This document shows positions 7,558 through 16,938 of a stretch of 23,279 nt of DNA, piece after piece (within the stretch, counting starts at the first letter, position 1; each line of letters opens with the position of its first letter). This stretch comes from Candidatus Firestoneibacteriota bacterium (lineage in GTDB: Bacteria; Oederibacteriota; D2-FULL-39-29; JBDRBU01). The notes beneath the pieces are model-generated. The model was not told the origin of the DNA and ran no database searches. It saw nothing but the letters and a program-made list of their open reading frames with translations. The stretch lies in the NCBI GenBank assembly GCA_043822305.1, contig JBDRBU010000098.1:1-23279 (forward strand), read 5' to 3'. Both the position numbers and the translations under genes were made by a program.

Positions 7558-8598
7558 ATGGAAAAAGTAAGATTTGGGGTGATTGGGTGTGGGGTTATAG
7601 CTCCATGGCATATAAATGGAATTTTAGGTTCTAAGGGTGCTGAATTAATAGCGGTTTCAGATAATGTTGCTGAAAAGGCGAAGAAAACAGGGGAAGAGTA
7701 TAAAGTGGATTGGTATGATGATTATAAAAAGATGATAGAAAGAAAAGATATTGATGCTGTAACTATTGGGGTGCCTTCTGGACTTCATATGCAGATAGCC
7801 CTAGAGGCTATGCAAGCAGGTAAACATGTTTTAACTGAGAAACCTATTGAAGTTACTTTAGAAAAAATAGATAAGATGATAGAGACTTCTAAAAAAACAG
7901 GTAAAAAACTTGCTTGCGTATTTCAAGGTAGGTATTTTGAGAATGCGAAGAAAATAAAAGAGACGATAGAACAGGGTAAATTTGGGAAGGTGGTTCTGGG
8001 AGATATGTATAACAAATGGTACCGTTCACCAGAGTATTATAAAAGTTCAGGTTGGCGCGCAACATTGGAATTAGATGGTGGTGGTGCATTGATGAATCAG
8101 GCCATACATGGGATTGATTTGCTATTATATTACATGGGTGATGTTGCCTCAGTAAGTGCTTATGCTGCTACTTTAACCAGAGATATAAAAGTAGAAGATA
8201 CAGCCGTGGCCGTATTAAGATTTAAAAGTGGTGCCTTAGGAGTTATAGAAGGGACGACTTCTATATATCCAGGATTTTCAAGAAAGATAGAGATTCTTGG
8301 CGAAAAAGGAAGTGTTGTGCTGGAGGATAATAACACTATAGTAAAATGGCAATTTGAAGGAGAGGAAGATTTAACATCTAAATTTGAAGATAGTACTAAA
8401 AGTGTAAAAGCAACAGCATCTGCTTCGGCAACGGCCATGACTTACATAGGTCATACAATGCAAATACAGGATTTTACTAATGCTATATTGCAGGGGAAAC
8501 AACCAGAAGTAAATCCTGTTGACGCTAGAAAATCTGTTGAAATTATACTGGCGATATATAAATCTTCAAAGGAAAGAAAAGAAATAAAGTTAGGATAA
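7558..8598 (+). CDS. Gfo/Idh/MocA family NAD(P)-dependent oxidoreductase
   Basis: GVIGCGVIA Rossmann motif, GKHVLTEKPI, GGGALMNQAIHGID; SD AGGAG 7543-7547 places the start at ATG 7558 rather than 7471. Confidence 0.92.
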   Translation: MEKVRFGVIGCGVIAPWHINGILGSKGAELIAVSDNVAEKAKKTGEEYKVDWYDDYKKMIERKDIDAVTIGVPSGLHMQIALEAMQAGKHVLTEKPIEVTLEKIDKMIETSKKTGKKLACVFQGRYFENAKKIKETIEQGKFGKVVLGDMYNKWYRSPEYYKSSGWRATLELDGGGALMNQAIHGIDLLLYYMGDVASVSAYAATLTRDIKVEDTAVAVLRFKSGALGVIEGTTSIYPGFSRKIEILGEKGSVVLEDNNTIVKWQFEGEEDLTSKFEDSTKSVKATASASATAMTYIGHTMQIQDFTNAILQGKQPEVNPVDARKSVEIILAIYKSSKERKEIKLG

Positions 8599-8623
8599 GT
8601 CGGGCTTAAGGGACGAACCCGAC
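8599..8623. repeat. GC-rich hairpin (REP-like or terminator-like) directly after the stop codon
   Basis: GTCGGG(8599-8604)...CCCGAC(8618-8623); no U tract. Confidence 0.45.
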
Positions 8624-8693
8624 ATCGAAATTTCGTGTAAGAGAACTTAACCATAAAATATTATTTAGCAAACTGAAACTTGTAATTAAACAA

Positions 8694-8720
8694 CCCCCTA
8701 ACCCCCTTTATTAAGGGGGA
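8694..8720. repeat. Palindromic intergenic element CCCCCTAACCCCCTTTATTAAGGGGGA
   Basis: Hairpin CCCCCTT-TATT-AAGGGGG (8702-8719) preceded by a second C5 run. Confidence 0.5.
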
Positions 8721-8771
8721 ATTAAAAAATAGAGGGCTTTCACTGAATACTTACAACTACAGGAGGATTAA

Positions 8772-10802
8772 ATGAAAACTTGTTATTTGCTTCTGGTCAC
8801 ATATTTACTTATTTCTGGGTGTGCTTCGTTAAATCAAAGATTAGTTTCAACAGATCATAATGAACGTGTTTTAGCGTTGCAAGAAGCTTCTCAACTTGAT
8901 AATAAATCAAAAGAGGAATTAGTTTTACAGGTTGCGGAATCTCTTAAAGATAATGATTTATCTGTTCGTTTAAAAGCAGCAGAGGTTCTTTTGGAAATAG
9001 GACTTCCATCAGTGCCAACTTTAATTTCTGTATTAAAAGAAAAAAATTTAGGTGTTAGAACAACTGTGGAAGAAACCTTGATTAAAATAGGTCAGCCGGC
9101 TGTTCCTCATTTAATCTTAGCACTTAAAAATGAAGATAAATTTGTTAGAGTTCATTCTGCATATATTTTAGGCGAAATAAAGCCCTCAGCAAAAGAAGTA
9201 GTTAGTGCGTTGATTCCTGCATTAAGTGATAGAGAAAAAGATGTAAGTGCTTCGGCTAGAGATGCGCTTATAAAAGTAGGTAGTATAAATATTCCTGAAA
9301 TTGTGAATGCTTTAAAGAGCGAAAACGAGATAGTAAGATTTCAAGTAGTATATATACTTGGTAAGTTAAAGACTTCTGATAAAGAAGTTGTATCAATGCT
9401 TTTGGAGAGTTTAAAGGATAGGAGTTTAATAGTCCGTTCATGTGTTATGGAAACACTTGTAAAAATGGGAAAAGACAACGAGGAAATAATCGCAATTATT
9501 ATGAAATCTTTTGATAATGAGGATATAAAAATATGTATAATGCAAATATTGGGAGAGATTGGACCCAAGGCTAAAGAAGTAGTTCCAAAATTATTAACAG
9601 AGTTAAAAAACAAAGACAAAGATATTCGTTTAAATTCAATAACTTCTCTTTCTAAAATAGAAAAAGCATCATCAGAAGTAGTTTTTGCTTTAATTTCTAC
9701 ATTAAATGATGTTGATCTGAATGTTAGAATATCTTCGGCTGATGCACTTTCTAATATGCAAGTTAACACGAAAGAGATTACATCTTCTTTAATAAACGTT
9801 TTTCGAGATGAATATAATTTTGTGCGTTCGGCTGCTGAAAAATCACTGATAAAGATAAGTCTGATTGATAAAGAAGTAGTTTCTAATTTAATTTTATCTG
9901 CTAAAGATAAGAATAAATATGTTCGTTTACATTCTGTTTCTGCTTTAGGAGGTTTAAATTTAAATTCAAAGGAGATTTTTTTTGCTATTGTCGAAAGGAT
10001 TAAAGATGAAGATATTTATGTTAAAAATAGTGCCGTAGAAGCTTTAAGTAACATTCCTTATTTTTCCAAAGAATCCACACCATATTTAATCTTAGCCTTA
10101 AAAGATTTGCCTACGGCTATAAACGCTGCTTTTGCCCTTGAGAAATTAAGTTTCAGCCATAAAGAAATTATTCCTTCTATTGTTAAACTTTTAAGCGATA
10201 AGGATGCTTGGATAAAAGCAAAAGTTAAAAACATCCTGATGAAAATAGGAGAGAAAGGTATCTCTGCTTTAAAGGATGCTTTAAAAGATGAAGATAAAGA
10301 GATTCGTGCTTCTTCTGCTTTTATATTAGGGAAAATAGGAAAAACAGTTCCATCTATTCTAGAAGCCATTCCATCTTTAATTGAGGCTTTAAAGGATAAA
10401 GAAAAAGATGTTCGGCTAGCATCTGTTGTGGCCTTAGGAGATGTTGGAGATTCTTATACGGCCAAACAGATTATTCCGGAACTGATTGAAGTTTTAAAAG
10501 ATAAAGACGAAGATATAAGATATTTTTCTGCAGAAGCCTTAGGTAGGTTAAGTCCGTTATTGGAAAAAGAAAAGAAAAAAGAGATTGCCTCATTCCTTAT
10601 CTCTGCATTAAAGGATGAAAATAATAAGGTGCGTTTATCTGCAAAGAATTCATTAGTAAAATTAGGTTCCTCATCTATCCCTGTTTTAATTGAAGCCTTA
10701 AAAGATGAAGATATGTCAGTTCGTTCCTCGGCCGTTGATGCTTTGGAGAAAATAGGCACATCAGAAGCATCAGAAGCATTAAGGAATTATAAACATAAAT
10801 GA
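8772..10802 (+). CDS. HEAT-repeat (PBS lyase HEAT-like) lipoprotein
   Basis: Lipobox LISGC; roughly 20 repeats of LxxALKDxDxxVRxxAxxALxxIG; SD AGGAGG. Confidence 0.9.
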   Translation: MKTCYLLLVTYLLISGCASLNQRLVSTDHNERVLALQEASQLDNKSKEELVLQVAESLKDNDLSVRLKAAEVLLEIGLPSVPTLISVLKEKNLGVRTTVEETLIKIGQPAVPHLILALKNEDKFVRVHSAYILGEIKPSAKEVVSALIPALSDREKDVSASARDALIKVGSINIPEIVNALKSENEIVRFQVVYILGKLKTSDKEVVSMLLESLKDRSLIVRSCVMETLVKMGKDNEEIIAIIMKSFDNEDIKICIMQILGEIGPKAKEVVPKLLTELKNKDKDIRLNSITSLSKIEKASSEVVFALISTLNDVDLNVRISSADALSNMQVNTKEITSSLINVFRDEYNFVRSAAEKSLIKISLIDKEVVSNLILSAKDKNKYVRLHSVSALGGLNLNSKEIFFAIVERIKDEDIYVKNSAVEALSNIPYFSKESTPYLILALKDLPTAINAAFALEKLSFSHKEIIPSIVKLLSDKDAWIKAKVKNILMKIGEKGISALKDALKDEDKEIRASSAFILGKIGKTVPSILEAIPSLIEALKDKEKDVRLASVVALGDVGDSYTAKQIIPELIEVLKDKDEDIRYFSAEALGRLSPLLEKEKKKEIASFLISALKDENNKVRLSAKNSLVKLGSSSIPVLIEALKDEDMSVRSSAVDALEKIGTSEASEALRNYKHK

Positions 10803-10821
10803 AAATGAGGGGATAAAAAAT

Positions 10822-11661
10822 ATGTTTAAAATAGTCAGGAAGAAAATACTTTCGGAAACTACTAAACTCATTGAGATCGAAGCACCTTTGATTGCAAAAT
10901 CTGCAAAAAGTGGTCAATTTGTAGTCTTAAGAATTTATGAAAAAGGAGAAAGAATCCCTTTAACCATGGCTGATAAAAATCCTACTAAAGGAACCATTAC
11001 TATTGTCTTTCAGGAAGTTGGTAAATCTACCATACATCTGGGCACATTAAACGAAGGAGATGCTATTTTGGATTTACTCGGTCCACTTGGAAAGCCTACT
11101 GATTTTGGTCATGCTAAAAAAATAATATGCATTGGTGGTGGTGTTGGTATTGCGGAAATATATCCAGAAGTAAAAGAATTAAGAGAATCTGGAAAATATG
11201 TTATAACCATAATAGGCGCTAGAAATAAAGGACTTTTATTTTTTGAAAATGAATTAAAAGAAATTAGTCATGAGTTCTATATCACCACAGATGATGGCTC
11301 GTCTGGAAGAAAAGGATTTGTCTCTGATGTTTTAAGAGAACTTCTAACTAAAGATAAAGAAATTGATCTGGTCTTAGCCGTTGGCCCCATAATTATGATG
11401 AAAGTTATATCTAATCTTACAAAAGGATTTAATGTGAAGACTGTTGTTAGTTTAAATCCAGTTATGCTTGATGCCACAGGGATGTGTGGAGCATGCCGGG
11501 TAACTATAGATGGTAAAACAAAGTTTGCCTGTGTAGATGGTCCGTCATTTGACGGACATCTGGTTGATTTTGATGAGTTAACAAAAAGATTAAACCAGTT
11601 TAAAGAACAAGAAAAATTATCAAAAGAAAGATTTGAACATAAATGTAAGATTGGAGGATAA
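10822..11661 (+). CDS. nfnA: NfnA-like (SudB/PyrK-like) FAD/[2Fe-2S] small subunit of electron-bifurcating transhydrogenase
   Basis: GERIPLT, GPLG, GGGVGIA, DATGMCGACRV...FACVDGP (Asp + 3 Cys); adjacent to nfnB. Confidence 0.85.
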   Translation: MFKIVRKKILSETTKLIEIEAPLIAKSAKSGQFVVLRIYEKGERIPLTMADKNPTKGTITIVFQEVGKSTIHLGTLNEGDAILDLLGPLGKPTDFGHAKKIICIGGGVGIAEIYPEVKELRESGKYVITIIGARNKGLLFFENELKEISHEFYITTDDGSSGRKGFVSDVLRELLTKDKEIDLVLAVGPIIMMKVISNLTKGFNVKTVVSLNPVMLDATGMCGACRVTIDGKTKFACVDGPSFDGHLVDFDELTKRLNQFKEQEKLSKERFEHKCKIGG

Positions 11662-11664
11662 GAC

Positions 11665-13059
11665 ATGGCCGTTGAACCTAAAAAAACTGGAATGCCAAAA
11701 CAAAAACCGGAAGAAAGAATTAAAAATTTCTTTGAGGTTGCCTTAGGTTATAGCGAGGAAATGGCTTTAAGAGAAGCAAAAAGATGTTTGCAATGTAAAA
11801 AACCAGTTTGCATTGATGGTTGTCCGGTTGAAATAGACATACCTGCCTTTATTAAATTAATAAAAGATAAAGATTATAATTCTGCCATAAAAAAGATAAA
11901 AGAGAAAAACAGTCTTCCGGCTATATGTGGTCGGGTATGTCCACAGGAAGAGCAATGTGAATTAAAATGTGTTTTAGGTAAAAAGATGGAACCAGTAGGA
12001 ATAGGAAGGCTTGAGAGATTTGCGGCTGATTGGGAAAAGTCTTCTGGACTTATAGAATCTAACATAGTAGAAATTCCAAAAGAAAAAATTGCAAAAATAG
12101 CAGTCGTTGGAAGTGGCCCAGCAGGGTTAACATGCGCGGGAGATCTGGCAAAATATGGATATGATGTTACTATTTTTGAATCGTTACATCTGGCCGGTGG
12201 AGTTTTAAGATACGGGATTCCAGAGTTTCGTTTGCCAAAAGAAATTCTTGATATTGAGATAAACTACCTCATCAAACTTGGTGTCCAAATTATGACAAAT
12301 GTTTTAATAGGGAAAACAATAACTATTCCCGAGCTTTTTAACGATGGTTTTAAGGCTGTTTTTATTGGAACTGGTGCGGGACTTCCAAGTTTTCTTGGAG
12401 TTCCCGGAGAAAATTTAAGCGGAGTTTATTCTGCAAATGAATATTTAACAAGAGTGAATTTAATGGAAGCATATAAGTTTCCGGAAACTGATACACCGGT
12501 TAAAATTGGCAAAAAGGTTGCGGTGGTGGGCGCAGGAAATGTGGCCATGGATTCTGCAAGAGTTTCTTTAAGACTCGGAGCAGAAGAGGTTTATATTGTC
12601 TATAGAAGGAGTGAGCAGGAAATGCCGGCCAGAAAAGAGGAGATAGAAAATGCGAAAGAAGAAGGAATAAAATTTCATCTTTTAACTAATCCCGTAGAGG
12701 TTATTGGAGATAGTGAAACAGGAAAAGTAAAAGCCATGAAATGTATAAAAAATAAATTAGGCGAGCCAGATTCATCAGGAAGAAGAAGGCCAGTTCCAAT
12801 CCCAGATTCGGAATATGTAATGGAAATTGATACAATAATTTCTGCCATAGGGCAGGCACCAAATCCTTTAGTTCCGCAAAGTATGCCCGAGTTAAAATTA
12901 GGCAGTCATGGAAATATTATCACAGACGAAGTGACAGGGGAAACGAGTATGCCAAATGTTTATGCGGGTGGAGATATGGCCACAGGTGCGGCGACGGTTA
13001 TTGCCGCCATGGGTGCGGGAAAAAGAGCAGCCAGAGCAATAAATGAAAAGTTAAAATAA
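11665..13059 (+). CDS. nfnB: NfnB-like (GltD/SudA-like) FAD/2x[4Fe-4S] large subunit; often annotated NADPH-dependent glutamate synthase
   Basis: EAKRCLQCKKPVCIDGCPV, CGRVCPQEEQCE, GSGPAG, YGIPEFRLPK, GAGNVAMD, YRRS; no GltB in the window. Confidence 0.85.
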   Translation: MAVEPKKTGMPKQKPEERIKNFFEVALGYSEEMALREAKRCLQCKKPVCIDGCPVEIDIPAFIKLIKDKDYNSAIKKIKEKNSLPAICGRVCPQEEQCELKCVLGKKMEPVGIGRLERFAADWEKSSGLIESNIVEIPKEKIAKIAVVGSGPAGLTCAGDLAKYGYDVTIFESLHLAGGVLRYGIPEFRLPKEILDIEINYLIKLGVQIMTNVLIGKTITIPELFNDGFKAVFIGTGAGLPSFLGVPGENLSGVYSANEYLTRVNLMEAYKFPETDTPVKIGKKVAVVGAGNVAMDSARVSLRLGAEEVYIVYRRSEQEMPARKEEIENAKEEGIKFHLLTNPVEVIGDSETGKVKAMKCIKNKLGEPDSSGRRRPVPIPDSEYVMEIDTIISAIGQAPNPLVPQSMPELKLGSHGNIITDEVTGETSMPNVYAGGDMATGAATVIAAMGAGKRAARAINEKLK

Positions 13060-13092
13060 AGCGTAATAGGTCAGTGAAAGGTGTATGGTTTG

Positions 13093-13164
13093 GTAGCCGC
13101 AGGCTTCAGCCTGCGAAAAATGTAATTTAAACAATAATTCCCGCAAGCTAAAGCTTGCGACTAC
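13093..13164. repeat. GTAG-family REP doublet in inverted orientation (REPIN-like)
   Basis: GTAGCCGCAGGCTTCAGCCTGCG (13093-13115) and CGCAAGCTAAAGCTTGCGACTAC (13142-13164); each is palindromic and they are inverted relative to each other. Confidence 0.8.
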
Positions 13165-13203
13165 ATCTAAAAATAATTATTAAACTGTTGCCATATTATT
13201 TAC

Positions 13204-13232
13204 TTGTAAAAAATAATTTTAAAGTGTATAAT
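13204..13232 (+). promoter_or_regulatory. Putative sigma70 promoter heading the DUF975-galT-pilin run
   Basis: TTGTAA(13204-13209)-17-TATAAT(13227-13232), followed by SD AGGAGG. Confidence 0.55.
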
Positions 13233-13248
13233 TTTTATAGGAGGCAAA

Positions 13249-13938
13249 ATGAGTGAAAAAAAATTTTCCAAATCCGAAGCAATAAAAGTTGGATGGAATC
13301 TTATGAAGCCCAATCTGGGTTTTCTGGCCATTGTTTATTCGATTGTATTTGTGGTGACTGGTATTTTAGAAATAATAGTAGTTTTAACTCAAGGAAGTTA
13401 TCCTTTAATTAGTTTTAACATTAACATTATAAGTTTTATTCTGTCAGTTTTCACAGGAATAGGAGCAACTAAGATTTATCTTAAACTTTACGATAAGCAA
13501 AAATCCCAACTAACCGACCTGTATGATTATTACTATTTGTTTTTTAAATATCTTGGTGGTTTTCTTCTTTGTGGTTTAATTGTTATTGGTGGTTTTATTT
13601 TATTGGTTATACCCGGGATTATTTTTATGATTAAATATCAATTTTTTACTTATTTAATAGTAGATAAAGAGATGGGCCCGGTAGAGGCAATTAAAAAAAG
13701 TGGAAAGATAACACAAGGATCTAAATGGAATTTGTTTTTATTCGGATTAGTACTTGTTGGAGTAAATTTATTAGGTGCTTTATGCCTTTTAGTCGGACTG
13801 ATCGTAACTATACCCGTCACATGTCTTGCTTATACTTTTGTGTATCGTAAACTCCTTGAAAAATCCGAGGCAAAACCTGTAGATGTGCAATCTGTACATA
13901 TAGAACCTCCAACACTATCTACCCCTGAAATAATTTGA
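13249..13938 (+). CDS. Integral membrane protein, DUF975-like
   Basis: GGFILLVIPGII...GPVEAIKKSGKITQGSKWNLF...LVGLIVTIP pattern; several TM segments. Confidence 0.75.
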   Translation: MSEKKFSKSEAIKVGWNLMKPNLGFLAIVYSIVFVVTGILEIIVVLTQGSYPLISFNINIISFILSVFTGIGATKIYLKLYDKQKSQLTDLYDYYYLFFKYLGGFLLCGLIVIGGFILLVIPGIIFMIKYQFFTYLIVDKEMGPVEAIKKSGKITQGSKWNLFLFGLVLVGVNLLGALCLLVGLIVTIPVTCLAYTFVYRKLLEKSEAKPVDVQSVHIEPPTLSTPEII

Positions 13939-13971
13939 TATGGTAAAATTTTTTTTTGATAAGGAGATTAT

Positions 13972-14979
13972 ATGCCAGAACTCAGAAAGGACCCCGTTTC
14001 TAATAGATGGGTTATTATTTCTACAGAAAGAGTAAGAAAGCCATCTGATTTTTCTAAGTCAGTTAGTGCAGAAAGAAAACACGGTTTTTGTCCATTCTGT
14101 TATGGAAATGAAGACAAAACACCCCCAGAGATTTTCGCCTTAAGGAATCCACCTTCTTCTCCAAATACTTCTGGATGGCAGGTTAGGGTTGTTTCAAATA
14201 AATTCCCGGTTTTAAGAATCGAAGGAGGTTTAAATCGTCGCGGTGAAGGGATGTACGATGTAATGGATGGTGTAGGTGCACATGAAGTTATAATTGAAAC
14301 TCCTGATCATGATAAAAGTATAACAGATTTGGATTATGAACAAATTCAAAAGGTTATAGGGGTATATAAAACAAGATCTCTTGATTTAAAAAATGACATT
14401 AGATTTGAGTATATACTTATCTTTAGAAATTATGGTGAGATGGCAGGTTCTTCTGTGGAACATCCTCACTCGCAGTTGATCGCCACTCCAATTATCCCGA
14501 AGAGAGTAGCTGAGGAGATAAACGGTGCGAAGTTTCATTATGAATATAAGGAAAGATGTGTTTTTTGTGATATAATAAGGCAGGAAATTAAAGATTCGGT
14601 TAGAGTTATTTTAGAGAATAAAAATTTTGTTTCATTTGCTCCATTTGCACCAAGATTTCCTTTTGAAACATGGATACTACCCAAAAGGCATAATGCAGAT
14701 TTTTTAACAATTTCTGATGAAGAAGCATTTGACCTGGCAAAAATACTAAAAGATACATTACTTAAAATAAAGAAAGCTTTAAACGACCCACCTTATAATT
14801 ATATTATTCATACTTCTCCCTTAAGAGAACAAGATGAAGATGGTCATTATATGCACTGGCATGTTGAGATTACTCCAAAACTAATCGAATTAGCAGGTTT
14901 TGAATTAGGTTCTGGATTTTACATTAATCCTACCCCGCCCGAGGAATCAGCCAAATACTTAAAGGAGATAGAAATTTGA
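13972..14979 (+). CDS. galT: Galactose-1-phosphate uridylyltransferase (GalT family)
   Basis: MPELRKDP, CPFC, NKFP, GAHEVIIETPDH, catalytic HPHSQ. Confidence 0.9.
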   Translation: MPELRKDPVSNRWVIISTERVRKPSDFSKSVSAERKHGFCPFCYGNEDKTPPEIFALRNPPSSPNTSGWQVRVVSNKFPVLRIEGGLNRRGEGMYDVMDGVGAHEVIIETPDHDKSITDLDYEQIQKVIGVYKTRSLDLKNDIRFEYILIFRNYGEMAGSSVEHPHSQLIATPIIPKRVAEEINGAKFHYEYKERCVFCDIIRQEIKDSVRVILENKNFVSFAPFAPRFPFETWILPKRHNADFLTISDEEAFDLAKILKDTLLKIKKALNDPPYNYIIHTSPLREQDEDGHYMHWHVEITPKLIELAGFELGSGFYINPTPPEESAKYLKEIEI

Positions 14980-15131
14980 AGAAGTTTTCAAAAGGGCAAA
15001 CTTTAGTAGAGTATGTCTTAGTAGTTGCATTGGTAGTATCTTCTTTAAGTGGAGTATATTACATTTTTAAGACATCAATAATATCTTACTGGAAATTTTT
15101 ATCAGCGATAATTTGTTCTCCGTTACCATAA
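14976..15131 (+). CDS. Flp-type (Tad) pilin-like protein 1, 51 aa; absent from the ORF track
   Basis: TTG overlaps the galT stop (TTGA), SD AAGGAG 14962-14967; MKKFSKG|QTLVEYVLVVALVV has a class III signal with E5-Y6. Confidence 0.85.
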   Translation: MKKFSKGQTLVEYVLVVALVVSSLSGVYYIFKTSIISYWKFLSAIICSPLP

Positions 15132-15164
15132 AAAATTAAATATTAAAAAGGAGGTGAAAGTATT

Positions 15165-15329
15165 ATGAAAAATCAAAAAGGTCAAACCACAACAGAATAT
15201 ATTTTGATTATAGCGCTAATTGTTGCTGTTGCGATCGCGGGATTTAGAGTTTTTGGTCCAGCAATAAGTACTTTATTTAAGACTACATCAGCTAAAGTAG
15301 TAACTGAAGCTAATGCTCCTATTCCATAA
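15165..15329 (+). CDS. flp: Flp-type (Tad) pilin 2, 54 aa, probable major pilin; absent from the ORF track
   Basis: Very strong SD AAGGAGGTGA; MKNQKG|QTTTEYILIIALIVAVAIAGFRVFGPAISTLFKTTSAKVVTEANAPIP. Confidence 0.9.
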   Translation: MKNQKGQTTTEYILIIALIVAVAIAGFRVFGPAISTLFKTTSAKVVTEANAPIP

Positions 15330-15344
15330 ATTAAATTTCTAAAC

Positions 15345-15740
15345 ATGTGGAGGAATATATTGAAAGGGCAAGTATTAGTTGAGTCGGTTTTAGTTTTTCC
15401 GGTTTTAATTTTCTTTTTACTATGTATAATTCAGATAGGTATATTGTTTAATACATATTACATAGTAAACTATGCTTCGTTTTGTGCTGCAAGATCTGCT
15501 ATTGTTCACACACAATTACCGGATCAACCTATTAGTTGTGCACAAAGTGCAGCCAGAGCGGTTTTGCTTTCTTTAAAAACAAAAGAAGCGCTGTTTTTGC
15601 CAATAGTAACTATGAAATTTTATGGTCTTGAGTTAGAAGTTACTGTAACATATCTATTGAAGCCGATTATTCCAATATTAGGAGGGATTTTGCCTTATAT
15701 ACCTGTAACTTCCTCCACAAGACTGCCAATAGAAAAATGA
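15345..15740 (+). CDS. TadE-like pseudopilin
   Basis: KG|QVLVESVLVFPV, hydrophobic helix, VNYASFCAARSA. Confidence 0.85.
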   Translation: MWRNILKGQVLVESVLVFPVLIFFLLCIIQIGILFNTYYIVNYASFCAARSAIVHTQLPDQPISCAQSAARAVLLSLKTKEALFLPIVTMKFYGLELEVTVTYLLKPIIPILGGILPYIPVTSSTRLPIEK

Positions 15741-16477
15741 AAAAGCAAAAAGGTCAAATAGTGGTCTTTGTTTTACTATTTATTCCAGTTTTGTTAGTAA
15801 TTTTAGCCTTTGTTTTAGCAACGGGCAAGATGGTTTATTATAGGATAAAACTTCAGAATGCAACTGATGCCGCAGCATATACTGCTGCCTTATGGCAGGC
15901 AAGGGGTTTAAATGGGATAGCAGATTTAAACTGGGCATTAGTTGCTGCCGCAGGTGGTGATATGGCTAAATTCCTTCTACTTGATTTTGATTTTGAATTA
16001 GTTCGGATAATTCAAAAAGTACAGGATGGAGCCAAAAAAAGTTTTCCAGGTTTGGCTGGACTTGCCGCCGGGATGAATTTTTCTTCAAATATAGATAAAT
16101 CTATATTTGAACCATTACCACCTAGAATAGGAATGTTTTCTTTGAGGGTAAGAAGGCATAACATGCATTTGCTTAAAATAGAAATACCAACATTTATGGA
16201 AAAAGACTCGCCAATGTTTTGGGTAAAACAGAATGAAACCGGACCCTTTATTAGATTCATGTCGCATAGAAAAGATGAAGGAATTCCATTTGGAGGATGT
16301 ATTTTAAATTTAGGAATTCCAATAATGACGGCTATATCTCAGGCGATGCCTTATAGAGAAAATGATGAATATTTAGATATAGGATACCTAGGAGGTTTAT
16401 GGGACCCAAATTTTTATGCAAAATTAACACCAATAAGTGGAAAAATTCCATGGTTGAATGGAATAATTTTTCATTAA
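15737..16477 (+). CDS. TadG-like pilus protein (Tad N-terminal domain)
   Basis: KG|QIVVFVLL, LQNATDAAAYTAA; ATGA overlap with the previous gene. Confidence 0.8.
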   Translation: MKKQKGQIVVFVLLFIPVLLVILAFVLATGKMVYYRIKLQNATDAAAYTAALWQARGLNGIADLNWALVAAAGGDMAKFLLLDFDFELVRIIQKVQDGAKKSFPGLAGLAAGMNFSSNIDKSIFEPLPPRIGMFSLRVRRHNMHLLKIEIPTFMEKDSPMFWVKQNETGPFIRFMSHRKDEGIPFGGCILNLGIPIMTAISQAMPYRENDEYLDIGYLGGLWDPNFYAKLTPISGKIPWLNGIIFH

Positions 16478-16938
16478 AGAATCGTGGTCAAGCATTAGTA
16501 GAATTTGTTATGATGGTTCCTATTTTACTAATTTTCTGGATAGGTTTTGTTAATTTATCATCTATGTATGTTGTAAAACAAAAATTAGCAGTTGCGTCCA
16601 GGTATGGTGCCTGGCTGGCTAAAGAAGACATTCCAGATGAATTAGTAAAAGCAGAAATGACAGAATACTTGTCAAAGAACAAATTTATAAATCCTGCTTT
16701 ATTGTCTATTGATAGTGGAATTGAAAAAATAAGAGTTTTTTATAAAACAACACAAAGTGGTATTACTGCTTCTTATTATTTTTATTTATTCCCTGAATAT
16801 TTTCCTCCATATGAGATTAAAGAAAAATTTGTGATAAGCGGTGATAGTTGGCGAATAAAAGATATTACTGGAAGGATAAAACATTATGGGGAAAAAATAG
16901 AAAAAGGAGATTGGAAGTTTGAGATTTCTAAACCTTAA
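16450..16938 (+). CDS. Second TadE-like pseudopilin (start uncertain; ATG 16450 preferred over 16399)
   Basis: NRG|QALVEFVMMVPIL, LAVASRYGAW. Confidence 0.8.
   Translation: MVEWNNFSLKNRGQALVEFVMMVPILLIFWIGFVNLSSMYVVKQKLAVASRYGAWLAKEDIPDELVKAEMTEYLSKNKFINPALLSIDSGIEKIRVFYKTTQSGITASYYFYLFPEYFPPYEIKEKFVISGDSWRIKDITGRIKHYGEKIEKGDWKFEISKP

Noticed and set aside
7370..7570. 66-aa ORF in the track
   Set aside because: It is a translation of the tRNA-Ala gene
9341..10917. Antisense ORFs over the HEAT-repeat gene (likewise those over the OMP, VWA, MFS, pfk, nfnAB, tad and GT2 genes)
   Set aside because: Shadow ORFs of well-supported genes; no motifs or SD
11665..13059. Glutamate synthase small subunit gltD
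   Set aside because: No gltB nearby and it is paired with an NfnA-type gene, so NfnAB is the better call
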